Source: Acidobacteria bacterium RIFCSPLOWO2_02_FULL_67_21
Lineage (GTDB): Bacteria > Acidobacteriota > Vicinamibacteria > Vicinamibacterales > UBA2999
Reading direction: 5' to 3'
DNA length: 53,318 nt
Assembly (NCBI GenBank): GCA_001767195.1
Contig: MEKU01000056.1
Span: 49,289-102,606, forward strand
Under the pieces are notes generated by a model that saw only the letters and a list, made by a program, of their open reading frames with translations, did no database searches and had not been told where the DNA came from. A program made the translations under genes and the position numbers. How positions within the stretch are numbered: the first letter of the stretch is position 1; each line of letters begins with the position of its first letter. Positions 27,289 to 36,013 of the stretch are shown here, piece by piece.

Positions 27289-27950
27289 TGAGGAGCCGGC
27301 TCTTTCATAGCAATGACTACGTGTTGGTCCAGGACCGCGTGAGGGACTTGATCAATGGCAGTCCAGATTTCCTATCGAAGAACACCGCCCAGAGCCCGAG
27401 GGCTGCGGGGGATGCCATCGAGAACGTGGTCGCGGCATCCTTCGAGAACATTCTTGGCGAGCACTGTGGCGAGTACTCCTCGAACTTCGCCCGCCGGGCA
27501 ATGGCTGACCTCGCGTTTAAGGATCGCGACGGTCTGTACTACATCGTCGATGTCAAGACGCACAGGACCGACACGAAGTTCAACATGCCGAACCTTACCT
27601 CTGTAGAACGGCTGGCGCGTTTCTACGAGGACGACAGCAATGTCTTCACGGTTCTCCTCGTCAGCTACAGCGTCGAGGGTGTGAAGGCACAGGTCACCCA
27701 TGTCACATTCGTGCCCATCGAGTTCCTCGGATGGGATTGCCTAACGATTGGGGCGCTCGGTTGGGGCCAGATTCAGATAGCCAACTCGAATCGAGTGACC
27801 GTGAATCCTGGGTACGCGCGGAAGCGTTGGATGCTGGAGTTCTGCGATGTGATGTTGGAGTTCTACCCGAAAGAAATCGCTAAGATCGGCGATCGCGTAT
27901 CTCGCTTCCAGCAGGTCCGTGAGTTCTGGTCGAAACACTCCGACGACTGA
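27288..27950 (+). CDS. Putative type II restriction endonuclease (PD-(D/E)xK-like)
   Basis: The ATG overlaps the methyltransferase stop (TGATG). It is 220 aa and has the same low GC. The candidate catalytic signature is MAD…(14 aa)…DVK within ADLAFKDRDGLYYIVDVKTH. The family is not recognised, so the call rests on context plus this motif. Confidence 0.6.
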   Translation: MRSRLFHSNDYVLVQDRVRDLINGSPDFLSKNTAQSPRAAGDAIENVVAASFENILGEHCGEYSSNFARRAMADLAFKDRDGLYYIVDVKTHRTDTKFNMPNLTSVERLARFYEDDSNVFTVLLVSYSVEGVKAQVTHVTFVPIEFLGWDCLTIGALGWGQIQIANSNRVTVNPGYARKRWMLEFCDVMLEFYPKEIAKIGDRVSRFQQVREFWSKHSDD

Positions 27951-28026
27951 CGCCCAACACGGCATGCAGCCGACGGCGCGAGTGATTCAGCGCGCCGCGG
28001 CTGATGCCTGCCGTTGAGGGTTCGCG

Positions 28027-28233
28027 ATGAAGCTGGGGGAACTGCTCGAGATGGTTCAGGACATGGATCGCCAGAATCCTGGTGAACGGGCGCTCCGGTT
28101 TCAGACTTGCCTCGATTCCGGGGCGCACAGGCTTCAGGAACTCCGCCGCGTCTCTGGCAGGCAGCAGACCTACTGCCTGGATTGCCTGACGTGGTTTGTC
28201 GATGGCACGGCTCAGAACCCTCCGAGACGCTGA
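28027..28233 (+). CDS. Hypothetical small protein (68 aa), uncertain
   Basis: ATG with GAGGG 6 nt upstream. The N-terminus looks helical (KLGELLEMVQDMD) and there is one CxxC (CLDC). Antisense ORFs of similar length exist, so coding status is unresolved. Confidence 0.3.
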   Translation: MKLGELLEMVQDMDRQNPGERALRFQTCLDSGAHRLQELRRVSGRQQTYCLDCLTWFVDGTAQNPPRR

Positions 28234-28437
28234 TGCACTGTGCCGGTCGGGCAAAAAACGGAACGATGAATCGGAATGGCCGATACCGACTCATGATCTG
28301 CCTAACACCGCATGCACCAGACGGCAGTAGCGCATTTTAGGGGCGCCGCTGGTGAGGCGTTGCCGTTGCCACACCAAAGCCACGATTCGAGCACGGCGGA
28401 CGCATACTCGAAATGTCTCATTTGCGAGAGGTAAGGC

Positions 28438-28794
28438 ATGGAGGCCCAGATTCCCGGCGTCCACTCGGATCCAGACATTCTCGGCGGAACGCCTGTGTTC
28501 GTCGGAACGCGCGTGCCTGTCAAGGCGTTGCTCGACTACCTGGAACACGGCCGACCGCTAGCCGGTCAGCAGACGAAGTATTCCGCGAGGCTCGGGCTCG
28601 GATCTAGCCTGTGCGCGTCACGTTCAACGAGTTGGCCGAGCGCGAACTCAAGGACGCGGCGCAGTACTACGAGCGTGAACAATCCGGGCTTGGCACCGCA
28701 TTCATCGCGGAAGTACGGCGATGTGCCGGGGATGGTGCCGCGGGCGAGCGCCAATCCGTTGGGCCGACGCGACGTCCCCAGGAACAATCGGTGA
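28438..28794 (+). pseudogene. DUF433-like antitoxin-type gene, probably frameshifted
   Basis: The first ~40 aa (DPDILGGTPVFVGTRVPVKALLDYLEHG) match the DUF433 signature. After about aa 45 the translation turns to low-complexity sequence and runs through the neighbouring ParE-like ORF. Confidence 0.5.
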
Positions 28795-28811
28795 GCGGCC
28801 CTGAGCCCTGA
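28611..28811 (+). pseudogene. RelE/ParE-family toxin remnant (frameshifted and 3'-truncated)
   Basis: After the GTG start, RVTFNELAERELKDAAQYYEREQSGLGTAFIAEVRRC matches the N-terminal half of ParE-like toxins of about 100 aa. The expected continuation (…ANPL…RDV.R) appears in another frame (28438 frame: ASANPLGRRDVPR). The ORF then ends inside the hairpin arm at 28797-28814. Confidence 0.55.
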
Positions 28812-28814
28812 TAT
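28797..28814. repeat. Right arm of a split periodic hairpin (CAGGGCT flavour)
   Basis: ggccctg-agccctg-atat. Its reverse complement atat-cagggct-cagggcc matches the left arm (atatcagg plus gctcag) if one 7-nt unit is skipped. It ends 9 nt before the MBL gene ATG. Confidence 0.55.
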
Positions 28815-28823
28815 TGTCACCAG

Positions 28824-30200
28824 ATGCCCGAGCTCACGTTCCTGGGTGCGGCACGGACGGTGACCGGCTCGAAGTACCTGCTGGAACACGACGGCCGCCG
28901 CGTGCTGGTCGATTGCGGTCTCTTTCAGGGTCTCAAGGAGCTGCGGCTTCGAAACTGGGAGCCGTTCCCGATTGCGCCGCGCAGCCTCGACGCCGTGGTG
29001 GTGACGCACGCCCACCTCGACCACGTCGGCTGGCTGCCGCGCCTGGTTGCGCAGGGCTACCGTGGCCGCATCTTCTGCACGAGCGGGACGGCCGACCTGT
29101 GCCGCCTCGTGCTGCCCGATTCAGCCCGCATCCAGGAGGAAGACACCCGGCGCGCCAACCGGCGCGGGTACACCAAACATCATCCTGCGCTGCCGCTGTA
29201 CACCGAGGCCGACGCCTGGCGCGCCGTGTCGCAGCTCCAGCCGCTCGGGTATCACCGCCCCATCGAGGCGGCTTCCGGCCTCTCGATTGAGTTCACGCCG
29301 GTCGGCCATCTCCTCGGAGCCGCGTACGTGCTCGCGCGCCTCGACGGCGCCGGCACGATTCTCTTCGGCGGCGATCTCGGCCGCTACGGCCGGCCGGTGC
29401 TGCCGGATCCGTCCGATGCCGTCGAGGCGGACATCGTCCTGGTGGAATCGACGTACGGAAACCGCGATCATGCCCCCGACGACGACGGCGAGGCGCTGGC
29501 GCAGGCCATCCGCGACGCCGCGGCGCGCGGCGGCAAGATCATCATTCCGTCCTTTGCCATCGGCAGAGTCGAGGAGCTCCTGTACTGGGTGCGGCGGCTC
29601 GAGGAGGCCCGCCGGATTCCCGTGCTGCCTGTCTACATCGACAGCCCGATGGCGTCCGAGGCGCTGCGCTTCTATACCGCGCGTGTCGCCGAGCTCGATC
29701 CCGACATGAGGCCGGCCCAGAAGGGCGTGGCCACGTTCGGATCTACGCGCTTTCAGACCGTCGCGTCGCCACAGGAATCGAAGGCGCTCACCGCATCCGA
29801 CGCTCCGGCCATCATCATTTCGGCAAGCGGGATGGCCACCGGCGGCCGCGTGCTGCACCACATGGCCGCGGCGCTGCCCGATCCGAAGCACACCATTCTC
29901 TTCGTAGGATTCCAGGCGCCGGGCACGCGCGGCCGGCAGCTCGTCGACGGCGCTCATGAAGTGAGGATTCACGGCCGGCCGGTTCCCGTGGCCGCGCGGA
30001 TTGTCAACAACGACTCGATGTCGGCGCATGCCGATCGCGGTGAGATTCTCAGGTGGCTCTCGACGCTGCCCCGGCCGCCGCGTCGTCTGTTCCTGGTGCA
30101 CGGTGAAGAGAACGCGCTCGGTGCGCTCAAGGACCTCGTGAAGAGCCGTCTCGAGTGGGATGCCTACATCCCGTCGTACGGCGAGCGCATCCACCTCTGA
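28824..30200 (+). CDS. MBL-fold metallo-hydrolase, beta-CASP (RNA-metabolising) subfamily
   Basis: 458 aa with HAHLDH (the HxHxDH motif) after LVDCGLFQG. The length and C-terminal region are typical of beta-CASP/CPSF-like nucleases. Confidence 0.85.
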   Translation: MPELTFLGAARTVTGSKYLLEHDGRRVLVDCGLFQGLKELRLRNWEPFPIAPRSLDAVVVTHAHLDHVGWLPRLVAQGYRGRIFCTSGTADLCRLVLPDSARIQEEDTRRANRRGYTKHHPALPLYTEADAWRAVSQLQPLGYHRPIEAASGLSIEFTPVGHLLGAAYVLARLDGAGTILFGGDLGRYGRPVLPDPSDAVEADIVLVESTYGNRDHAPDDDGEALAQAIRDAAARGGKIIIPSFAIGRVEELLYWVRRLEEARRIPVLPVYIDSPMASEALRFYTARVAELDPDMRPAQKGVATFGSTRFQTVASPQESKALTASDAPAIIISASGMATGGRVLHHMAAALPDPKHTILFVGFQAPGTRGRQLVDGAHEVRIHGRPVPVAARIVNNDSMSAHADRGEILRWLSTLPRPPRRLFLVHGEENALGALKDLVKSRLEWDAYIPSYGERIHL

Positions 30201-30201
30201 C

Positions 30202-31377
30202 GTGTCATCTCCACCGGTGTTCTCACGCCGTATTCCGCCGCAGCTCGAGCCGAACGCGCTGGCGCGCGCGGTCGACGCGCTGCGCGAGAGCGCGGCGCCG
30301 GTAGCCGATCTCACCGAGTCGAATCCGACGCGCGCCGGGATCCCGTATCCCGACGGCCTGCTGGCGCCGCTGGCCGGCGCCGCCGCACTGCGGTACGAAC
30401 CGCATCCGTTCGGATCGCCCGCGGCGCGCGCCGCCGTCGCTCTGGACCAGCGCCGCCGTGGCGTGGACGTCGATGCCTCCGATGTCGTGCTGACGGCCAG
30501 CACGAGCGAGGCCTACAGCTGGCTCTTCAAGCTTCTGTGCGACCCGGGCGACGCCGTGCTGGTGCCGTCGCCGAGTTACCCGCTCTTCGAACATCTGACC
30601 GCGCTCGAAGCGGTGCAGGCCACGCCGTACCCGCTCGAGTATCACGGCCGCTGGTCGATGGATCTGGCGGCGATCGGCCGCGCGCAGGACGCCGTGCGCG
30701 CCGTCCTTGTCGTGTCGCCGAACAATCCGACCGGGTCGTACATCACCGGGGACGAGCTGTCACGTCTCGCCCACCTCTGCGGTGAGCGGGGGTGGGCGCT
30801 CATCGTCGATGAGGTGTTCGCCGATTACCCGCTCGATGCCGACGCGCCCCTGACCGATATCGCGTCGCGTGCCGGCGTGCTGACGTTCTCGCTGGCCGGC
30901 CTGTCGAAGTCTGTGGGGCTGCCGCAGCTCAAGGCCGCCTGGATCATCGCAGGCGGTCCTGCCGCGGAGCGGGCCGCCGCGCTTGCGCGGCTGGAGCTCA
31001 TTGCCGATACGTACCTGCCTGTGGCAACCCCTGTGCAGGTGGCGATGCCGCACCTCCTCGAGGCGGGGGCGGCGGTGCGCGGCGCCATCCAGCAGCGGAT
31101 CCGGCACAACCTGGACGCGCTGCGCACGATCGCGCGCGGGCATCCGGCCTGCAGCGTGCTCCCGGTCGAAGGGGGCTGGTCCGCCGTGGTTCGCGTGCCA
31201 TCGACCCGGAGCGAGGAGGCGCTGGTGCTCGATCTCGTCCACCGTGAACGAATCCTCGTGCATCCGGGGTATTTCTTCGACTTTCCCGGGGAGTCGTTCG
31301 TCGTCGTGAGCCTGCTGCCGGAGCCGCGCCTGTTTGCCGACGCGGTGTCCCGGCTCTTCCAGTTCGTGAGCTGCTGA
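30202..31377 (+). CDS. PLP-dependent aminotransferase (class I/II)
   Basis: Trimmed to the GTG at 30202, 2 nt after the upstream stop. It has VPSPSYPLF, SPNNPTG and the PLP-lysine GLSKSVG. Its stop overlaps the malQ start (TGATG). Confidence 0.8.
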   Translation: MSSPPVFSRRIPPQLEPNALARAVDALRESAAPVADLTESNPTRAGIPYPDGLLAPLAGAAALRYEPHPFGSPAARAAVALDQRRRGVDVDASDVVLTASTSEAYSWLFKLLCDPGDAVLVPSPSYPLFEHLTALEAVQATPYPLEYHGRWSMDLAAIGRAQDAVRAVLVVSPNNPTGSYITGDELSRLAHLCGERGWALIVDEVFADYPLDADAPLTDIASRAGVLTFSLAGLSKSVGLPQLKAAWIIAGGPAAERAAALARLELIADTYLPVATPVQVAMPHLLEAGAAVRGAIQQRIRHNLDALRTIARGHPACSVLPVEGGWSAVVRVPSTRSEEALVLDLVHRERILVHPGYFFDFPGESFVVVSLLPEPRLFADAVSRLFQFVSC

Positions 31378-32966
31378 TGGCCCGCGAGCCTCGGTCGCGG
31401 CGCGCCGGCGTGCTCGTCCCGCTGTTCTCGATGGCCTCGGCCCGCAGCTGGGGCATTGGTGAGATCGGCGACCTGCACGCGCTGTCACGCTGGCTTGCGA
31501 GCGCGGGCCTGCGCGTGCTTCAGCTGCTCCCGATCAACGAAGTGCCCGTGGGGGAAGCGTCGCCCTATTCCGCCCTCAGCTCGATGGCGATCGACCCGCA
31601 GTTCATCACGCTCGATCGCGTCGACGATTTCCTGGAGCTCGGCGGAGAGGAGCGGCTCGAGCCGGAGCTCCGCGAGCGACTGGACGCCGTGCGCAGTCAT
31701 GCGGCGATCGACTATGCGGACGTCCGCGCGCTCAAACAGACCGCGCTGCGCCGTGCGTTCGTCCGCTTCCGGAGCGTCGAGCTGGCCGGCGGCACGCGGC
31801 GCGCTGCGGCCTTCCGGGCGTACGTCCAGGACCAGGCCTGGTGGCTGGACGATTACGCGTTGTTCCGGGCGCTGCACGCGCAATCGGGCGAGCGGCCCTG
31901 GACCGAATGGCCCACGCCGGTGCGCACCCGGCAGCCCGGCGCGCTCGACCGGGCGCGCGGCGAGCTGGCCGACGACATCTTGTATCGACAGTACGTGCAG
32001 TGGGTTGCCGACGATCAGTGGGCCGACGCGCGGGCGGCCGCCGGCGGGGTGGCGCTCTTCGGCGACCTCCCGTTCATGGTCAGCGGCGACAGCGCCGACC
32101 TCTGGGCCCGCCAGGACGAGTTCCGCTTCGACGCATCGGTCGGCGTGCCGCCCGACGCGTTCAGCACGACGGGCCAGGACTGGGGGCTGCCGGTCTACCG
32201 ATGGGACGTCCTCGCCGGGCGGGACTTCGACTGGCTCCGGGACCGCGCGCGGCGGAATGCGGCCCTCTTCGACGGCTATCGCATCGATCACCTCGTGGGG
32301 TTCTACCGAACCTACTTTTGGCCGCACGACGGCACCGATCCGGGCTTTACGCCCGACACCGAGGAGGCGCAGACCGCGCTCGGCGAGCGGGTGCTGAGCG
32401 TCTTTCGAGAGTGCGGGGCCGAGATCGTGGCCGAGGATCTCGGCACCGTTCCGGAGTTCGTCCGCGAGTCGCTCGCGAGGCTCGAGGTCCCGGGGTTCAA
32501 GGTGCTCCGGTGGGAGCGCGAATGGCACCAGCCGGGGCAGCCGTTCCGGGATCCGGTCGGCTACCCGCGCAGCGCGGTCGCCACGTCGGGCACGCACGAC
32601 ACCGAGCCGATGGAGGTCTGGTGGGAGCAGGCAGGCCGTGAGGAGCGGGAGGCGGTGCTCGCGGTGCCGTCGATCCGTGAACGCCTCGACGACGAGGATC
32701 GGGCGGTGGCCGTCGAGCATGCCGGCATGACGACCGCGCTGCGCGAGGCGCTGCTCGAGACGCTCTACGCCTCAGGCGCCGACCTGCTGATCCTCCCGGT
32801 GCAGGACATCTTCGGCTGGCGCGACCGGATCAACCGGCCCGCGACCGTCAACCCCGCCAACTGGACCTGGCGTCTTCCCTGGCCGGCCGACCGATGGACG
32901 ACCGAGCCAGCGGCAATGGCGATGGCGACACAGCTCAGGGAATGGGCGGCCAGACACAATCGGTAG
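31377..32966 (+). CDS. malQ: 4-alpha-glucanotransferase (amylomaltase, GH77)
   Basis: 529 aa. The N-terminal RRAGVLVPLFSMASARSWGIGEIGDL, plus DHLVGFYR and GTHDTEP, are typical MalQ blocks. Confidence 0.9.
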   Translation: MAREPRSRRAGVLVPLFSMASARSWGIGEIGDLHALSRWLASAGLRVLQLLPINEVPVGEASPYSALSSMAIDPQFITLDRVDDFLELGGEERLEPELRERLDAVRSHAAIDYADVRALKQTALRRAFVRFRSVELAGGTRRAAAFRAYVQDQAWWLDDYALFRALHAQSGERPWTEWPTPVRTRQPGALDRARGELADDILYRQYVQWVADDQWADARAAAGGVALFGDLPFMVSGDSADLWARQDEFRFDASVGVPPDAFSTTGQDWGLPVYRWDVLAGRDFDWLRDRARRNAALFDGYRIDHLVGFYRTYFWPHDGTDPGFTPDTEEAQTALGERVLSVFRECGAEIVAEDLGTVPEFVRESLARLEVPGFKVLRWEREWHQPGQPFRDPVGYPRSAVATSGTHDTEPMEVWWEQAGREEREAVLAVPSIRERLDDEDRAVAVEHAGMTTALREALLETLYASGADLLILPVQDIFGWRDRINRPATVNPANWTWRLPWPADRWTTEPAAMAMATQLREWAARHNR

Positions 32967-33028
32967 GCCGACCTGAAGGTCGGCCTCTACGAGGGTTCCG
33001 TAGAGGCGGACCTTCAGGTCCGCCTAAC
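32963..33028. repeat. REP-like composite palindrome spanning both convergent stop codons (malQ/glnS)
   Basis: gt-aggccgacc-tgaa-ggtcggcct-ctacg-agggttc-cgtag-aggcggacc-ttca-ggtccgcct-aac. This is two TGAA/TTCA-loop hairpins around a central CTACG/CGTAG stem. Confidence 0.8.
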
Positions 33029-34709
33029 CCCTGCCGGCAATCCGCGCCCAGGTGTCCTTGAGCGTGACCGTGCGATTGAACACCGGCGCTTCGGGGCGTG
33101 AGTCGGGGTCGAGGCAGAAGTAGCCGAGCCGCTCGAACTGGACCGTCGTGCCCGCCTCGGCGCCGGCCAGCGACGGCTCGATCCGGGCTCCCGTCAGCCG
33201 CTCGAGCGAGCCGGGATTGAGATCGGTCAGCGGGTCGCGGCCATCCTGGCCGGGGTCGGGCGAGACGAACAGCCGATCGTACAGCCGGACCTCCGCCTCG
33301 AGCGCGTGCGGCGCGGAGACCCAGTGGATCGTCCCCTTGACGCGGCGGCTCGCGCTGGCGCCTGACAGCGACTCCGGATCGTAGCTGCAGCGCAGCTCCG
33401 TCACGGCCCCCGATTCGTCCTTCACGACGCGGTCGCACGTGACGATATACGCGTAGCGCAGGCGGACCTCGACGCCGGGCGACAGCCGGAAGAACTTCTT
33501 CGGCGGCTGTTCCATGAAGTCGTCGCGCTCGATGAACAGCTCGCGCGAAAAGGGAAGCTGCCGCGTGCCTGCCGCCGGGTCCTCCGGGTTGTTGACCGCC
33601 TCGACCCGCTCCTCGCGCCCTTCAGGGTAGTTCTCGATCACGATCTTCAGCGGGCGCAGCACCGCAAGCGCCCGCCGCGCCCGGCGGTTGAGATCCTCGC
33701 GCACCGTATGCTCGAGGAGCGCGACGTCGACGACATTCTCCTTCTTGGCCACGCCGATGCGGGCGCAGAAGTCGCGGATGGCCTCCGGCGTGTAGCCGCG
33801 GCGCCGCAGGCCGGCGATCGTCGGCATCCGCGGGTCGTCCCAGCCGGCGACCCGCTTCTGTTCGACGAGCGCCAGCAGCTTCCGCTTGCTCATCACCGTG
33901 TAGTTCAGATTGAGCCGCGCGAACTCAATCTGCCGCGGGCGGAACGGCGGCCTGGTGTGCTCGATCACCCAGTCGTACAGCGGCCGGTGATCCTCGAACT
34001 CGAGCGTGCAGAGCGAGTGCGTGATCCCTTCGATCGCGTCCGAGATCGGGTGCGCGTAGTCGTAGGTCGGATAGATGCGCCAGGCGTCGCCGGTCCGGTG
34101 GTGTGAGGCGTGCCGGATCCGGTACAGCGTCGGGTCGCGCATGTTGATGTTGGGCGACGCCATGTCGATCTTCGCGCGCAGCACGTGCGCGCCGTCGGGG
34201 AACTCCCCCCGCCGCATCCGCTGGAACAGATCGAGGCTCTCCTCGGCTGCACGGTCGCGACAGGGGCTGTTGCGGCCCGGCTCGGTCAGCGTGCCGCGGT
34301 AGTCGCGGATCTCGTCGGCCGTCAGGCTGTCGATATAGGCCTTGCCGTCACGAATCAGCTGCTCGGCGTACTGAGACAGGGCTTCGAAGTAGTCGGACGC
34401 GTAGAACGTCCGGTCACCCCAGTCGAACCCGAGCCACCGCACGTCCTCCTCGATCGATTCCACGTACTCGACGTCTTCCTTCGTCGGGTTGGTGTCGTCG
34501 TAGCGAAGGTTGCACAGGCCGGAGTACTCGGCCGCGACGCCGAAATTCAGGCAGATCGACTTGGCATGGCCGATGTGGAGGTAACCGTTCGGCTCGGGAG
34601 GAAACCGCGTGTGCACGCGGCCGCCGTGCCGTCCGGTCCGCTGATCGTCAGCGACGATCTCGCGGATGAAGTCGACGGCCGCTGGCGCGGCCTCGGCCGT
34701 GGGGTCCAT
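33024..34709 (-). CDS. glnS: Glutamine--tRNA ligase
   Basis: 561 aa with [17 protein letters not shown] (HIGH motif) and VMSKRKL (KMSKS motif). The overall sequence follows the GlnRS pattern. Confidence 0.92.
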   Translation of the reverse strand: MDPTAEAAPAAVDFIREIVADDQRTGRHGGRVHTRFPPEPNGYLHIGHAKSICLNFGVAAEYSGLCNLRYDDTNPTKEDVEYVESIEEDVRWLGFDWGDRTFYASDYFEALSQYAEQLIRDGKAYIDSLTADEIRDYRGTLTEPGRNSPCRDRAAEESLDLFQRMRRGEFPDGAHVLRAKIDMASPNINMRDPTLYRIRHASHHRTGDAWRIYPTYDYAHPISDAIEGITHSLCTLEFEDHRPLYDWVIEHTRPPFRPRQIEFARLNLNYTVMSKRKLLALVEQKRVAGWDDPRMPTIAGLRRRGYTPEAIRDFCARIGVAKKENVVDVALLEHTVREDLNRRARRALAVLRPLKIVIENYPEGREERVEAVNNPEDPAAGTRQLPFSRELFIERDDFMEQPPKKFFRLSPGVEVRLRYAYIVTCDRVVKDESGAVTELRCSYDPESLSGASASRRVKGTIHWVSAPHALEAEVRLYDRLFVSPDPGQDGRDPLTDLNPGSLERLTGARIEPSLAGAEAGTTVQFERLGYFCLDPDSRPEAPVFNRTVTLKDTWARIAGRG

Positions 34710-34725
34710 GAGGAGACATTATTGA

Positions 34726-35985
34726 CTACGTGGCATCCGTTTCGTCGACGGTCGCCCCCTCGGGGAGTCCCATGAGGCCGACCTGCTTCAGCACGCGGGG
34801 AACCGTGTCGATCGGCTCGGCGGCCGGCAGCTCCGCGCTGGTCGTCACTTCGAGCTCCCGCAGCCGGCGCGCGCTGACGAGCACGCGGGCCTCGAACGAG
34901 CCCGCGGCCTCGTTGTACGCCTGGACGGCGCCGTCCAGCTTCTTGCGGACCTCGTCGAACCGGTCGGCAAAGACCGCAAGCCGCTCGTAGAACTCCCGTC
35001 CCAGGCGGGCGACCTCCCGGTAATTGTCGGCCAGCGCTTCCTGCCGCCAGGTGTGCGCCACGGTCGTCAGCAGAGCGATGAGCGTGATGGGGCTCGCCAG
35101 GAGCACGCGCTGCCGGAGCCCGTGCTCGATGAGGGTCAGATCGTGCTGCAGGGCCGTGCTGAAGAGCGTTTCGCCGGGCAGGAACATGACGACGACCTCG
35201 GGCGAGTCGCCGAGCGCTTCCCAGTAGGCCTTGCCCCCGAGCTTGTCCACATGGTCTCTGACCTGCCGGGCGTGCGCCTGCAGACGCTCGAGGCGCGCCT
35301 CGTCGTCGGTCGCCTCCTGCGCGTCGAGAAAGGCATCGAGCGGCGCCTTGGCATCGACGACCATCCGCTTGCCGCCGGGGAGGTGGATGATCATGTCGGG
35401 CCGCAGCCGCCCGCTGTCGCCGGAGAGCGGCGGCTGCTCGTCGAAGTCGCAGCGCTGCACCATTCCGGCGATCTCGACAACCCGTCGCAGCTGCATTTCG
35501 CCCCAGCGGCCGCGGACCGCCGGTGTGCGCAGCGCGCGCGAGAGCGAGTTGGCGCTGGCGCCGAGGGCGGCGACCTGCTCGCTCAGCCGCGAATAGGCGG
35601 CGACACGGTCGCGTTCGGCCTCGGAGAGCCGCGCGTCCACCTTCTGCAGCGTCTCGGCAATCGGCTGATGAAAGGCCGCAAACGAGGTCCGCGCCAGGTC
35701 GAGGAACGCGGCGCGGTTCTCCTTGAGCGCGTCGGCCGCGAGCGACTGGAACGCCTCCCGCAGCTTCTGCTCGGCCCGCTCCAGGAGCTGCTGGGTCGCC
35801 TGAAGCGCATCCTTCTGCCGGCCGATGTCGTCGGTCAGCCACTTGTTGTCCTGCCGGGCGGCGGCCAGCTCCGCCGCCATCCGCGCGTGCGCCTCCGCGA
35901 GCCGGCGGGCCGTCTGCAGCCGCATGAGGACCGCCACGACGACCGCAGCGCCAAGCGCGGCCGCGATCGGCAGCAGGAGTTCCAT
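34726..35985 (-). CDS. rmuC: DNA recombination protein RmuC
   Basis: Trimmed to the ATG at 35985 (MELLLPIAAALGAAVVVAVL, a TM anchor), giving 419 aa. It has a long coiled coil and then a conserved C-terminal RmuC domain (PDMIIHLPGGKRMVVDAKAPL). Confidence 0.85.
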   Translation of the reverse strand: MELLLPIAAALGAAVVVAVLMRLQTARRLAEAHARMAAELAAARQDNKWLTDDIGRQKDALQATQQLLERAEQKLREAFQSLAADALKENRAAFLDLARTSFAAFHQPIAETLQKVDARLSEAERDRVAAYSRLSEQVAALGASANSLSRALRTPAVRGRWGEMQLRRVVEIAGMVQRCDFDEQPPLSGDSGRLRPDMIIHLPGGKRMVVDAKAPLDAFLDAQEATDDEARLERLQAHARQVRDHVDKLGGKAYWEALGDSPEVVVMFLPGETLFSTALQHDLTLIEHGLRQRVLLASPITLIALLTTVAHTWRQEALADNYREVARLGREFYERLAVFADRFDEVRKKLDGAVQAYNEAAGSFEARVLVSARRLRELEVTTSAELPAAEPIDTVPRVLKQVGLMGLPEGATVDETDAT

Positions 35986-36013
35986 CCGTCCTTTGATACC
36001 ATGGGCGTCAATC

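Larger units (their letters stand above)
26049..28796. mobile_element. Low-GC island A (R-M system plus decayed TA), putative horizontally acquired insert without a recognisable recombinase
   Basis: The R-M genes are about 52 % GC, against about 70 % in the flanks (hand counts). The island is bracketed by inverted periodic-unit arms. Its content is defence and addiction genes. Confidence 0.5.

Noticed and set aside
27863-28294. 143-aa and 124-aa minus ORFs downstream of the endonuclease
   Set aside because: Both overlap the 3' end of the endonuclease gene in antisense. They are Arg/Ser-rich and I recognise no family in them. I keep them only as an open question under the 27951-28437 finding.
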